IMG/VR virus record: IMGVR_UViG_3300020048_000070
Location: 1 to 64,000 of that record
Strand: one strand, 5' to 3'
DNA from: a virus
DNA length: 64,000 nucleotides
Positions within the stretch are counted from its first letter, which is position 1. The number at the start of each line of letters is the position of its first letter. Below, in pieces: positions 41,171 through 52,644 of the stretch. The translations under genes and the position numbers were made by a program. The notes beneath the pieces were generated by a model. The model did not search any database. It saw nothing but the letters and a program-made list of their open reading frames with translations, and was not told the origin of the DNA.

Positions 41171-43529
41171 AATGGCACGTAGGAGTGTACTGTAAATCTA
41201 AAAGACTACGCAGTTTTATATGGCATAAATCTGATGTAGATTGGTATTGGCTCCAAGTTAAATTAGAAATAAAATTACGAAAATACTATGATAGATGATA
41301 TAGATTTCTTTCCAATAAAAGCCAAAAAGAAAGAAAAATGTTACAGTTGGGGATGTAAAAATAAAGTACCGATGCAATTCTACATTACAGAGTGGACTCT
41401 AAAAGGAGGTAATTCTTGTGAAGGTGGAATTATCTATTGCGAAGACTGTATATTAAAAAGGTTTCCAGACATAAAAAGGAGTTAAAATGTTAATATGGGT
41501 AGATGACACAATGTATGTATCGTTCCCTTTCCTATGTATAATATTAGGGACTTTAGGATTATTACTAGTTCCATCTAGTATGGATTACTACGTGCTAAGT
41601 ATACCATCTACTATAGTTAAGTATGCATGCTGTATATATCTATACACGTATGCTTTAATAATAATGATTAAAAGATTTTCATGGAGACACGCATGACAGA
41701 AATTGATTTTAGTGGTTTTATAGTAGCACATCTAAATTATTTTGGGTTTGAACCTATAGTAAGGAAAATGGGATCTTCAGCAGTAAAAATATCTACGTGT
41801 AAATACAGTATACCCAATAACTGTATACCACAGATACAAGAATTTTATAATTTTAGGGTAGAAAGAGGGTTGCGTAGCCATGATAAACTAGATAGTACTG
41901 ATTTTACCTATCTACAAACAAGACTAGAATCTAGAACTTATCTAAGATTAGCTGTAGCTGTGTGCATGCAAATATCCTATGATAGGTTTGGTAATGAACT
42001 TAGACACCACTCTTACCTATCACTGGAAGAGATACATTATAAACTAGGTAAAACATCCATAGTAAATAAATCAGAATTTTCTCTAGATTGGAATGGGGAA
42101 ACAAAAACTATGCACGAGTGGGCTGCTTGCCTAGGAATGACAACTACAGCATTTAGAAGGCGGTATAAAGAGTATGGGGTATGCGAACTTCTTTTTATGT
42201 CAAGAGAAGACTTTAAAAAGAATAGCGCAGCGTACAAAAAGAGAAGAAATTTTGATCCAGAGATGGTAGGTAACGAAGATTGGAGAATACTTTCTTCAAG
42301 TACACCGGCACTTAGATTGGAAAGATTTAATATCCCAGTAAATAATGCTACAGCGTTAATAACAGCTATGGTACAAGATGCTGTAGAAAACGTAGAAAAA
42401 AGAGATAAACGATATTTTGACGAATCCGTCAAATTTCTTACAAATAGCAATGGGTACCTTAAGTGGCTACTAGATGCTTTTCCAGGATGCAGTGCTAGTT
42501 ATTTAATAAATGAATTACAAAGTAAGTATAATAGGTATCTACGTATACAACCCATGCTTAGTATTCACTCGCAAACTCAGGCTCGATGTGCGGAAGCCCA
42601 CACAGTATGAAAGAGTGTCACTGCTGTTTTAAGCCGATTGCTCCTGGAGAGGGGTATATGGTGCAAGATAAAGTATGGGATAGTTCTGGATTCCCAAGAA
42701 ACGGAAAAGGAGCAGAAAGTATTCTTTTACATGTTAAATGCTTAGAAGCCATTATAGGGAGAAAATTAAAAGTAGAAGATTTTACAGGTGCCCCAATAAA
42801 TTATGAAAACGGGTGGATATAAAACATAAAAAGAAAAGGAAAAAGAAACATGATAAGAATAAATAAGCAGTTTGCTATAGAGAGATACGCGCATGGTTGG
42901 GAGTTGTACGAGACAAGGAAGCATACTTTAAAAGATGCAGATACTACGTCAATAACATACTATGCTACTATAGATGGAGCAATAAAATCTATTCTTCGTA
43001 AATCTGCTGGTAATGGTAAAGATTTAAAAGATGTACTAAATTGTATTAGAGAATCTGAAAAGGATATAGTAACTGCCATAAATACTGCTGGCATAGATGA
43101 GTTGTGCAGACTGAAAAAAGTTAAAACCAGTATTGATAACGAGTATGAAGAAGACGATGAAGACATAGATGAAGATGAAGAGTATGATAATGATGAAGAC
43201 ATAATTGTGCCAGCACGTAGAAAAATAGCTTGACATATATAAACATAAAAGGTATATTTGTGCATAATTAAACGGAATTTGGCCTGTACTAACCCAGTAC
43301 AGGCCAATTTTAAAGAGGCACACATGTCAAGAATTATTCTGATAACTGGTAACTTTCCAATCTACGATAGAAATGGCATGCCTACGGGTAAAACAGAATT
43401 CGTTGTATCGCACGGAATAAATGAATATACTGGGCAAGCCGTTATCTTACCAAATGACCCTCCCAGTACTTTTCCTAATGCTTACTATGATGGAGAAGCT
43501 TGCGAATGGGTGCTCCCAGGAGAAGATAC

Positions 43530-44051
43530 GTGAAATTTAGCGACATACCACAGCTTACTATTCCAGCCCACTACAGAGTTACTCAAAGTTGGACTAATTT
43601 AATAGAGGCATTAGCCCATTATACGGACCTTAGTAGAACATGCTCTCTGGATTTAAATCCAGAATTTCAACGTGGGCATGTATGGACTGAAGAGCAGCAA
43701 ATAGCCTATGTTGAATTTAAACTAAGGGGTGGGTCGGGCTCTGACGCATTACAGTTTAATTGTGTTGGATGGATGCGTGATTACAAAGGGCCATTCGTAT
43801 TAGTAGATGGAAAACAAAGATTAACTGCTGTATTAAAATTTTTACATAATGAAATTAAAGTATTTGGAACTTTTTATGAAGATTTTGAAGGTAGTTTAGG
43901 GAGTATGGACCCCAGTTTTTTATTCTGTATAAATAATCTTCCAGATATGAAGTCAGTATTACAGTGGTATTTGGAGATAAATAGTGGTGGTACCCCGCAT
44001 ACTAAAGAAGAATTGGATAAAGTTAGGGGTATGTTGAAAAAGCAAGTGTGA
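43530..44051 (+). CDS. DUF262 / ParB-like NTPase-domain protein
   Basis: Motifs LNPEFQRGHVW, LVDGKQRLTA and INSGG; GTG start at 43530 with an AGGAG RBS. Confidence 0.8.
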   Translation: MKFSDIPQLTIPAHYRVTQSWTNLIEALAHYTDLSRTCSLDLNPEFQRGHVWTEEQQIAYVEFKLRGGSGSDALQFNCVGWMRDYKGPFVLVDGKQRLTAVLKFLHNEIKVFGTFYEDFEGSLGSMDPSFLFCINNLPDMKSVLQWYLEINSGGTPHTKEELDKVRGMLKKQV

Positions 44052-44128
44052 TCGAACTGGTATAGATAACAGACTTAAAATCTGTCGCCCGTATGGGATT
44101 GAGGGTTCGAATCCCTCCACTTGCACCA
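44042..44128 (+). tRNA. tRNA-Leu(TAA)
   Basis: Acceptor GCAAGTG/CACTTGC, anticodon arm ACAGA-CTTAAAA-TCTGT, long variable arm, TTCGAAT loop, ACCA end. Overlaps the last 10 nt of the upstream CDS. Confidence 0.9.
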
Positions 44129-44136
44129 AATAATAC

Positions 44137-44213
44137 GGGCGTATAGCTCAGTTGGTTAGAGCAGGGCTCTCATAAAGCTCAGGTCTCTGGTTCAAATCCA
44201 GGTACGCCCACCA
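44137..44213 (+). tRNA. tRNA-CAT (Ile2-like or elongator Met)
   Basis: Acceptor GGGCGTA/TACGCCC, TAGCTCAGTTGG D arm, CTCATAA loop, ACCA end. G1:C72 is paired, so it is not an initiator. Confidence 0.9.
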
Positions 44214-44671
44214 TTTTAAAAGGAGTACACATGAAAACTATGAAAAAATTCAAACAATGCGTAACAGACCCTGATTATGACCCCAGAAAAAATACTTATC
44301 TATGCCAGTGTGCTACTTGCATAGCGCATATGAATAGTGTAAAAATAGCAGCACAAAAACTTGCAGATGCGGTAGATAACGAAATAATGAAACGTATTTT
44401 AGATGAAAACTCCAAGAAACTACCGAAGTAATATAGCATACACTTGCGATCATTGTTCAAATCCTGTTTCCACTTTATGGAAAGATAAAGATGGGTATAT
44501 GTTTTGCCCATACTGCTGGCCCCTGTATCACCTCCCTAGTAAATCAAGACTAAGATTAATAGAAGTTTATAATAATCAAGCAAAATAGTGCTTGATTATG
44601 CTGGGCAATCATGTTATATATAAACATACACATTTTTACATTATTAAATTTACTTCAGAAAGGAGCAAAGA

Positions 44672-46981
44672 ATGAAAATCAATAGTAAAAAGATGTTTAC
44701 CCCTACCATAAGTGGTAAGCCAACTACTGTTTATGCAGTCAACTACGATCTAATTGATACCACTAAAAAGGTATCAGAGAAAACTGAAGAAACTGGTAAA
44801 ATACATTACGTAGATATCCTTGATAGGTCCGGTTCCATGTATCAGGTTATCAACGATGTAGTTAACCATACGCAATCAAGAATTAAAAACATGCGTAAAG
44901 ATGACCTTATCACAGTCATCTGGTTTTCTTCTCAAGGTGACTTCAAGGTAGTCCTAAGAGGTGCCACACCTTCTGATGGTGTAATTTCTATTTTGGACTC
45001 CTTGCGTAGTGTTAGAAACTTAACTTGTTTCTCAGATGCTATTGGGGAAGCTGAGAGTGCTGTATTTGACCTTAAAGGGCTTGTTGGAGGATCAATTGTT
45101 ACCCTGCTCACTGATGGTCATCCGGTTACCAACAACAACCAAAAAGAAATGGAAAAATGTATAGATATGGTAAATGCCATGAAAAACTCTATACTGGCTT
45201 TCAATACCATTGGATTCGGAAACTACTACAACAGAGAATTCCTGAATCAATTAAGTTCTGCATCTAACTTCGGGGCACTTCGCCATATCAGCGATATTGG
45301 TGACTTTAATACTGCATACAGCGAATTGGTATCCCCGCTCAGTATGCTGGTACAATCAGAATTTGTTGTTTATTCCCCAGATGCGTCTATCATGTATATT
45401 TCCAATGATGGAGCTGTAAGTAATGGCGTTAACGAATTGACTATGGGGGCACAGTCAGATACTAATAATACGGTCTTTGTTATAAACCCAACGGCTATTT
45501 CCCTTGAATCTGGTGATGAACAAGACGTACTGGATTTAAAAACTTTCAGTAAAACCGCTGGCAGCAAAGATAGTTCTTACTTGACCTTCTTGTACATGTA
45601 CGCAGATTACATGTTCAATAAGGCAAATAAGCGTGATGTTGCCCTAGATATTATTGCCAAGAATATTAAAGACAGAGCGCTTGCCGATGCGCTTACCAAT
45701 GCGTTCTCATATGATGAGATTGGTGAATTCAATAATTTGCTGCAAGACTGCATTAAAGATAACGAAGGTGCCCGTATGTCCGGTGGAGTGTGTCCACCTA
45801 AATACGTACCGGCTACAAATGCTCCTTGTCTTTTCGATGTTCTGAATATTTTGGCTAATGCAGATCTTGCCAAGTATATTCCTTACCCAAAAGATAATAA
45901 GTACGTAAAACCGTACGAACGCATTGCCCGTAAAACTGTAGATGAACAAAATGCTTTTGCACCAATTCCTGCACAAGATATTTGTAGTGATATTGACCTT
46001 GTGTACGCTGGAGATAAACTGAATGTTTCAATGCGCTTTGAAGTTCCTGGTAGAGTTGCAATCAATGCAAGAGCAGCAGAACGCGCAGGATTGCAGAAAG
46101 TATGGGATTCAAAAATTTACCGTACGCATACCATTATTAAAGATGGTAATTTGAATATACCTGCCGCATGCTTTATAGTAGATGCAGATACATATGATAA
46201 GCTCATTGCAATAAAAGGTTTAGTGAAAGATAAGAAACTTGCTATTATAAAAGGCGCTTACGGTAACAAAGATTTTCCCTGTGAGAGCAAAGATGGAATT
46301 TTAGTAACCATGCTATTTAACAAGATTCCCATTATCAACAGGTCATACGCAGATCAAGTTACTGCGGAAGCAATTTCTAAGGCCACCTTGGAAGAGCTAC
46401 GCCTTGAAGTAGATCAAAAGGTCTATGGGTACATTATTGGGAAAGCCTACGAGAAAGTTACTATTGCCGAAAAACAGGGGGTATTCTCGAACCTCACCCT
46501 GGATCAAATTGAAGTACTTAAAGATCATGGCATTTCTAAAGCCAACGTGTATGGAGCTATCAGCCCGAAAACTGCCTTGGCTACAGATTGTGACTTCTAC
46601 GAGATTCGTATTCTTGAGACTTATGTAAAAGGATTCACTACGTTACCGCCCGTAGAAAAGTCTATCACTAAACCGAAGAAAACCGCCTCAGAACAGGCCA
46701 TATTTGACGCATATGAGGCAATAATCAAAAAGCACGGGGTAATATTCGAAAAACTTAATAAAGCGGCTGTAGTGGCCCTGGAAGCCGTAAACAAGGACAT
46801 TAAGATTGCCCTGCTTGAAATCAGAAATAAAATGAGTGCAATCAAAATATCTACAGTTCTGAATAATGTCTGGTTCGAAGGTGTTACCATCGACGAGAAA
46901 GGTAAAGCAGAACTATTGGATAACGTAGTTATGAACGTCAAGTATGGAAAAGAGTATATTGACGTACCAGTAACTGCATAA
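44672..46981 (+). CDS. Large vWA-domain protein
   Basis: MIDAS motif DRSGS with LLTDG and TIGFG.YY; 769 aa. Confidence 0.8.
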   Translation: MKINSKKMFTPTISGKPTTVYAVNYDLIDTTKKVSEKTEETGKIHYVDILDRSGSMYQVINDVVNHTQSRIKNMRKDDLITVIWFSSQGDFKVVLRGATPSDGVISILDSLRSVRNLTCFSDAIGEAESAVFDLKGLVGGSIVTLLTDGHPVTNNNQKEMEKCIDMVNAMKNSILAFNTIGFGNYYNREFLNQLSSASNFGALRHISDIGDFNTAYSELVSPLSMLVQSEFVVYSPDASIMYISNDGAVSNGVNELTMGAQSDTNNTVFVINPTAISLESGDEQDVLDLKTFSKTAGSKDSSYLTFLYMYADYMFNKANKRDVALDIIAKNIKDRALADALTNAFSYDEIGEFNNLLQDCIKDNEGARMSGGVCPPKYVPATNAPCLFDVLNILANADLAKYIPYPKDNKYVKPYERIARKTVDEQNAFAPIPAQDICSDIDLVYAGDKLNVSMRFEVPGRVAINARAAERAGLQKVWDSKIYRTHTIIKDGNLNIPAACFIVDADTYDKLIAIKGLVKDKKLAIIKGAYGNKDFPCESKDGILVTMLFNKIPIINRSYADQVTAEAISKATLEELRLEVDQKVYGYIIGKAYEKVTIAEKQGVFSNLTLDQIEVLKDHGISKANVYGAISPKTALATDCDFYEIRILETYVKGFTTLPPVEKSITKPKKTASEQAIFDAYEAIIKKHGVIFEKLNKAAVVALEAVNKDIKIALLEIRNKMSAIKISTVLNNVWFEGVTIDEKGKAELLDNVVMNVKYGKEYIDVPVTA

Positions 46982-46985
46982 GAGT

Positions 46986-47216
46986 TTGTGGTAGGTAGTG
47001 GTGAACGAAGACACCAATGCTAGTACGGAGCAGATCGAAAAGCAAGCGGTACAACGCCAGTGATGGTGTAAACCGAGGGGCCGCATAAGAGAATATCCAG
47101 TGCTTAATAAGGCTATAGCAATACTGGTAATGGTTTTAGCTTTCCGTATAGGTACAAGATGCCGGTTATATCCTTGTATCAACAGATCACGCTGGTTGAA
47201 ATCCAGCCTACCACAA
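46986..47216 (+). ncRNA. Candidate ~230-nt structured RNA with tRNA-like termini
   Basis: Closing stem TTGTGGTAG/CTACCACAA stacked on a T-arm-like GCTGG-TTGAAAT-CCAGC, plus several internal stems; fills the intergenic gap. Confidence 0.5.
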
Positions 47217-47412
47217 TTTTTATTTAAAGGAGCATCATAATGACTGTTAAAGAAATGAAGAAACTGATAAAAACTATCCCAGATGACTGTGAAATATTTG
47301 TGGATATGGCACATGCAAACGATGCAACAGATATAGAATGTGCAATATATCATAAAGAAGGTAATTCCATATCTATTATTATTAATGCAGATATACGTAG
47401 GTATTAATATAT

Positions 47413-47982
47413 ATGCATACCAAAATAGTAGAGAACAAGCATAAAGTGCCTGTGTTCTGGTTGTTGCCAGATCCACATTTTGGGCACTATAATATCGTCA
47501 AGAACAACATTAGACCACAGGGATACGAAGAGCAGATTTTAACATTTATAAAAGACCATGTTAAAGATAACGATGTACTTATATGTCTTGGGGATTACAT
47601 ATTTCAAAATTCTGCTTACTGGAGTGACAGGTTTATTGAAGCGAGTAACTGTAGAAAATGGCTTACATTAGGAAACCACGATCACGATACAATTACTTGG
47701 TATTTACGTCATGGTTTTCATGCTGTAGCTGATGAAATTAAATTGACTATATATGGAAAAGTGGTATTATTGTCACATATACCAATTACGGGTAGGCGGG
47801 ACTTTGATATTAATATACATGCTCATCTTCACAAGGGACAACACAGAAAGGATGTACCTGTAAATAGTAAAAATATAAACCTTTTTATTGAGGGGCATTT
47901 TACTCTGTTTAATTTAAGGGCCATAGTAGATAGAGTAAATTTAACTGGGTATTACGATTGTTATAGACATAGAATAAGGTGA
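47413..47982 (+). CDS. Calcineurin-like metallophosphoesterase
   Basis: Motifs DPHFGH, LGD, GNHD, SHIP and HAHLH. Confidence 0.88.
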   Translation: MHTKIVENKHKVPVFWLLPDPHFGHYNIVKNNIRPQGYEEQILTFIKDHVKDNDVLICLGDYIFQNSAYWSDRFIEASNCRKWLTLGNHDHDTITWYLRHGFHAVADEIKLTIYGKVVLLSHIPITGRRDFDINIHAHLHKGQHRKDVPVNSKNINLFIEGHFTLFNLRAIVDRVNLTGYYDCYRHRIR

Positions 47983-48232
47983 AAGTTATGTGGATACGTG
48001 TAGAAGACAATTTACCGCCTTTTGGAGAAAAAGTATTAGCCTGTTTTAAAGGGCAATTCAACTGGGTTATATTTATAGCAGAGTTGCTTGACGACGGAAA
48101 GCTGGGTAATACTCGGTATGCCCCACCTACACATTGGATGGCACTGCCAGTTCCACCAAAAGAAGATTAATGCAAGTAACTGTATGGAGCATAGTGTCCC
48201 ATACGAATGTAAATAAACAAGGAGAGTAAAAC

Positions 48233-49033
48233 ATGGACGTAAGATTATTAATCATTGACCCGCAAGTGGATTTCTGTAGCCCGAAAGGTTCCTTGTACGT
48301 AGCAGGAGCTGAAAAAGACTGTGTGCGTACCGCAGCTATGATCGACAGGCTTGGTAGTAAATTGAAGAGAATTTACACCACATTTGACAGTCACTCCCAG
48401 TACCAAATTTTCTTTCCCATGTTTTGGAAGAAAAGTAATGGAGATGCTGTAGCACCTTTCTCACTGGTCACGCATGCAGATGTAATTTCGGGTGATATTG
48501 TTCCTATGGATCCTGCTATGCTTGAATGGGCAAAAAGTTATACAAAAGCCCTTGAAACTGGCGGTAGATACCCCTTGGTTATTTGGCCGTATCACTGTCT
48601 TATTGGTACCCCAGGATGGTGCATGGAAGATACCATTATGGCGGCAATTCATAAATGGGAACGGGACACCTATCGGAGCTATCGCCCCATTACCAAGGGG
48701 TCGTGCTTTAAAACAGAGCATTACTCAGCGGTAAAAGCTGAAGTAGAAGTTGCAGATGACCCTACCACTCAGTTGAACATGCGTGGATTGATTACCCCGC
48801 TGGAAGAAGCGGATATGGTTCTCATTGCTGGGCAAGCAAGAAGCCATTGTGTTGCTAACACCGTGCGAGATATTATGTCGAACTTTTCTGATGCTACTTA
48901 TATTCGTAAGTTGTTTATTCTTGAAGATGCCACTTCTGACGTAACAGGGTTTGAGAACCTGGGAGATACCTTCATCAAAGATTTTGTGAAAGCTGGCGGT
49001 AACCTCACCCAAACTGTTCGAGTGCTCGCATAA
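48233..49033 (+). CDS. Nicotinamidase / isochorismatase-family cysteine hydrolase
   Basis: Motifs LLIIDPQVDF, DSH, WPYHC..GT.G, TKG....EHYSA and AGQA.SHCV. Confidence 0.85.
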   Translation: MDVRLLIIDPQVDFCSPKGSLYVAGAEKDCVRTAAMIDRLGSKLKRIYTTFDSHSQYQIFFPMFWKKSNGDAVAPFSLVTHADVISGDIVPMDPAMLEWAKSYTKALETGGRYPLVIWPYHCLIGTPGWCMEDTIMAAIHKWERDTYRSYRPITKGSCFKTEHYSAVKAEVEVADDPTTQLNMRGLITPLEEADMVLIAGQARSHCVANTVRDIMSNFSDATYIRKLFILEDATSDVTGFENLGDTFIKDFVKAGGNLTQTVRVLA

Positions 49034-49071
49034 TAGGCCAACTAAAAATAATTCAGAAGGAGAACTATAAC

Positions 49072-49809
49072 ATGGAATTTCAAATCCCAGAGAACAATTC
49101 ATTTGGGTTTTCAGGTATTGACCCGGATGACCTTATTAACCCAGAAGATGAGTATACACTTGTATCAATAGCTGAGGATGTGAGTCCGTCTACGTCTAAT
49201 CTTAGGGCTGCAATGGCTGCTGGCATGAAAACTGTAAACCTTGCATGCAAGAAAGATCCAAGGTCCGATAAGTTGATGATGCATGCTACCCGTTTTGGTG
49301 CCCGTATTAATGAGATTCATGGTTTTAAACCAGTGAACGACATTGATGAAAATGGATATAAACCATCCCCAACAATAGGTGGCAGTACTTGTTTGTATGA
49401 TGCTATCTATAATGCCATTTCTGCTTGTAGCCATTATGCAGAAATTCTGGATGCTAGAGGAGATATTAGTTCCAATGCCATAGTATTTGTATTTACAGAT
49501 GGTATGGATAATAGTTCCAGCATTGGCCCAAAAACAATTCTTGACAAACTTCAAGAGATTCGTATGAAAGAGATTCTTGAATCTCTTAAAATAATTATTC
49601 TTGGGTTCAATGATCCGGCTTATTCAGGAAGCTCTGTAGCAAACTACCTGAAACAACTGGTAGATGACCTTGGGCTTGATCAGTATGTAGATATTGGAAG
49701 TATGACTCCAGCGCAAGCTGCTAAAGTGTTTGGGTTTGTCAGCCAGTCTATCTCTTCTCAGAGCCAACACCTTGGGACTGGTGGCCCGAGTCAAAACTTG
49801 ACATTCTAA
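49072..49809 (+). CDS. TerY-like vWA protein
   Basis: MIDAS-like DVSPS, GGSTCLYDA and FTDGMDN; upstream of the PP2C and kinase genes. Confidence 0.7.
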   Translation: MEFQIPENNSFGFSGIDPDDLINPEDEYTLVSIAEDVSPSTSNLRAAMAAGMKTVNLACKKDPRSDKLMMHATRFGARINEIHGFKPVNDIDENGYKPSPTIGGSTCLYDAIYNAISACSHYAEILDARGDISSNAIVFVFTDGMDNSSSIGPKTILDKLQEIRMKEILESLKIIILGFNDPAYSGSSVANYLKQLVDDLGLDQYVDIGSMTPAQAAKVFGFVSQSISSQSQHLGTGGPSQNLTF

Positions 49810-50071
49810 TTAACGGACCTTGAAAGGGCTTAGATATTAACGTATCTAGGCCCTTCTTACTTTAAAGGAGTAAAAATATGACGAGTCTAATTAAAGGAAC
49901 ATTAGAGATTGACCATAATCGTGGAGTAATTTATTTCCATTCCAGCGATACAGGGCACACTCCATTAAGAATATGCTCATTACCGAAACCTATTCCTGAT
50001 GTATCTGAATATGCAAAATCTATAGATATTACACACATGTACGGATGTAGTTGGGTGGAAAAGGAGACGAA

Positions 50072-50965
50072 ATGAATATAGATAGCTTTCTAAAAATAGG
50101 GCATAGCCATACCATGTGCCAAGATTACATTATATCTGGCACTTCCCCAATGCCTTATATTATTCTGGCTGATGGATGTTCCAGTGCTAAAAATAGTGAC
50201 ATTGGTGCTAGATTACTATGCCACTCAGCTCTTTCCATGCTTACCAGCTTATATAATAGTAAAAATAATAATATGTTAGATATTGGATGGAGTATCTTTG
50301 GTAATACTGTAATAGTAGATGCTAAACTTACCCTACACAATAGTTTTCCATCATTAGATACTGAATGTTTAGATGCTACCCTAATTGTAGCTTACAAAAC
50401 TAAAGGAGTGTATAAAATAGTAATGTATGGTGATGGGCATATATATGTAACTAATAAAGATAATTCTGTAGCATATCATAAAATATCCTTTGAACCAAAT
50501 GCCCCCAGTTACCTAAGATATTGGATTAAAGGGCAAGAGGAGTATTTAAGTAATAAAATAATGGTAACACATGAATCTCAACACGGCATCAATGGCAAAA
50601 TATCCACAGAGTATGGTATACCATGTATTATAGATGTAAAAGAACAAGATGTGAAAAGCCTAGTTATAGCCAGTGATGGGGTAGATTCAATAATGTTTAA
50701 AGAAGAAACTATGTATAAGACAAAGTACTTAGATCTTTATGGGGCTGTCTTACATAATAAATCCACTATAAACCCACACACCGCCACTAAGTTACCACAG
50801 TGTAAAGAAAAAAGTTTCTTAGAGGTGCTAAATGATGTTACCCAATTCAAATTGACTGATGGACCATTCCTAAGTAGAAGGATTAAAAAGGTTCTTAAAG
50901 GGTACGAAAAAGAGGGATTTGTTAATGACGATGATATTTCTATAGGATGTTTTTACGAGGGATAA
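50072..50965 (+). CDS. PP2C-like Ser/Thr phosphatase (TerY-P type)
   Basis: Motifs G.SH..CQD, LADGCSSA..SDIGA, GDG, ASDG and a terminal DDISI. Confidence 0.85.
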   Translation: MNIDSFLKIGHSHTMCQDYIISGTSPMPYIILADGCSSAKNSDIGARLLCHSALSMLTSLYNSKNNNMLDIGWSIFGNTVIVDAKLTLHNSFPSLDTECLDATLIVAYKTKGVYKIVMYGDGHIYVTNKDNSVAYHKISFEPNAPSYLRYWIKGQEEYLSNKIMVTHESQHGINGKISTEYGIPCIIDVKEQDVKSLVIASDGVDSIMFKEETMYKTKYLDLYGAVLHNKSTINPHTATKLPQCKEKSFLEVLNDVTQFKLTDGPFLSRRIKKVLKGYEKEGFVNDDDISIGCFYEG

Positions 50966-50967
50966 TC

Positions 50968-52644
50968 ATGAAATATACTATACAAGGTAAGGGGGAAGTA
51001 ACATTAATAGGCACAGATTTTATGTCTTCTGGTGGAGAGGCCCAGGTATTCAGAAAAGGTAATACTGTATACAAAATATACCATAAACCGCAAGATATGA
51101 TTCCAGACGGAAAAATAAAAGAGTTGCAAGCTATTAACAAAAGTAATGTATTAATACCAAAAGATATATTACTGGATAAAAAAGGTGCCCGTGTAGGGTT
51201 CACAATGGATTACGTAGCAGATATAGCTCCATTGTGTAAACTGTTTACGAATGCCTACGTTGAACAGAATGACATATCAAATGATACGATAATTGATTTA
51301 ATAAAATACATGCAGGAGACTATCGAAGCAATACATGCAGCAGCCTGTATTCAAGTAGATGGTAACGAACTCAATTATCTAGTTGACGAAAAAACATATA
51401 AAACCTGCTATTTTATTGATGTAAACTCTTATCAAACAAAATCCTTTCCAGCTACTGTTATAATGCCATCCATACGTGACTGGACAGCGAAATCTTTCAA
51501 TGAACTGACAGATTGGTACTCTTTTTCAATAATTGCTTGTCAGTTACTTGTTGGTATACATCCATACAAGGGGAAACACCCAGATTTCAAAAAGTTTGAT
51601 ATTGAAAGTAGGATGAAATCCCATGTATCTATATTCAATAGTAATGTGCAACTACCTAAGTCTGTTAAAGACTTTAGTAGGATTCCAGCCAACTACATGG
51701 ATTGGTTTACTGCTGTACTGGAAGAAGGCAAAAGGATACCACCACCAGCCACAGTAGGAGCAGTTAACGCTAAAGTAAACTACGTGGTAATAACATCCAC
51801 AGATAACTTTAATATCACTGAATTATCTATTTTTGATGATACTGTACTGTACCATTCTAATCTTAATAACATACCAGTTACCAGAACCAAAAAGTCAATA
51901 TACATAGGATCAAATAAACATGATGTTAGTAAAGGAGTATATTTAGTGCATACTCCTAAAAAACTGGTACCAATTTTAGTTAAAATACAGGATGGTGAAG
52001 TAGAATTGCACTCTTTAGCTAATCATTATACTGTTGCAAAAGGGTCATCTATAAGTGCTGAAGAAATAATGGTCATAGGAAACACTATATATCTTCGTAG
52101 TGGTGAAAACCTATTAGAAACATACTTTATGGAGAATACAAATTCAGCTACTCTAGTGATAAAGAATACGTGGGATATTCATAAAAATGCTAGTCAGTTC
52201 TTTAAAAACGTTATTGTACAAAACCTACTGGGATCTAAATTTATTGCAGTGCCTGACCCGTACTCTGGTTCTTTTGTAAATAAAAGGGCACCAATACTTG
52301 ATATATATAAAATACTAGATGCCAAGTATGAAAGTGGAGTATGTGTTATATCTTTATCAAATAATGGGAATTACGGATTAGTAGTAATTCCCGATATGGA
52401 TGATATGAATAGTGCAAGATTCATAAATACAAGTGATTATAGCCCAGTGAACTTCACTGTTCTAGATAATGGTATAGTCGTCATTATTTATGAAGATACG
52501 TTAGAAATATTTAGCAAAGATAAAGCTAGTAAAGTAAAAGTAATAAAAGATAAACAAATAACTACAGATATGCAGCTGTGTAAAAACGGTGGATCTTTGC
52601 GGTTTTTTACTGATAATAAACTATACAATATCAAAATGAAATAG
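50968..52644 (+). CDS. Ser/Thr protein kinase-like protein (TerY-P type) with a beta-rich C-terminus
   Basis: P-loop GGEAQVF, YKIY, catalytic loop VDGNELNYLV, FIDVNSYQ, TDWYSF and GIHPYKG. Confidence 0.82.
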   Translation: MKYTIQGKGEVTLIGTDFMSSGGEAQVFRKGNTVYKIYHKPQDMIPDGKIKELQAINKSNVLIPKDILLDKKGARVGFTMDYVADIAPLCKLFTNAYVEQNDISNDTIIDLIKYMQETIEAIHAAACIQVDGNELNYLVDEKTYKTCYFIDVNSYQTKSFPATVIMPSIRDWTAKSFNELTDWYSFSIIACQLLVGIHPYKGKHPDFKKFDIESRMKSHVSIFNSNVQLPKSVKDFSRIPANYMDWFTAVLEEGKRIPPPATVGAVNAKVNYVVITSTDNFNITELSIFDDTVLYHSNLNNIPVTRTKKSIYIGSNKHDVSKGVYLVHTPKKLVPILVKIQDGEVELHSLANHYTVAKGSSISAEEIMVIGNTIYLRSGENLLETYFMENTNSATLVIKNTWDIHKNASQFFKNVIVQNLLGSKFIAVPDPYSGSFVNKRAPILDIYKILDAKYESGVCVISLSNNGNYGLVVIPDMDDMNSARFINTSDYSPVNFTVLDNGIVVIIYEDTLEIFSKDKASKVKVIKDKQITTDMQLCKNGGSLRFFTDNKLYNIKMK

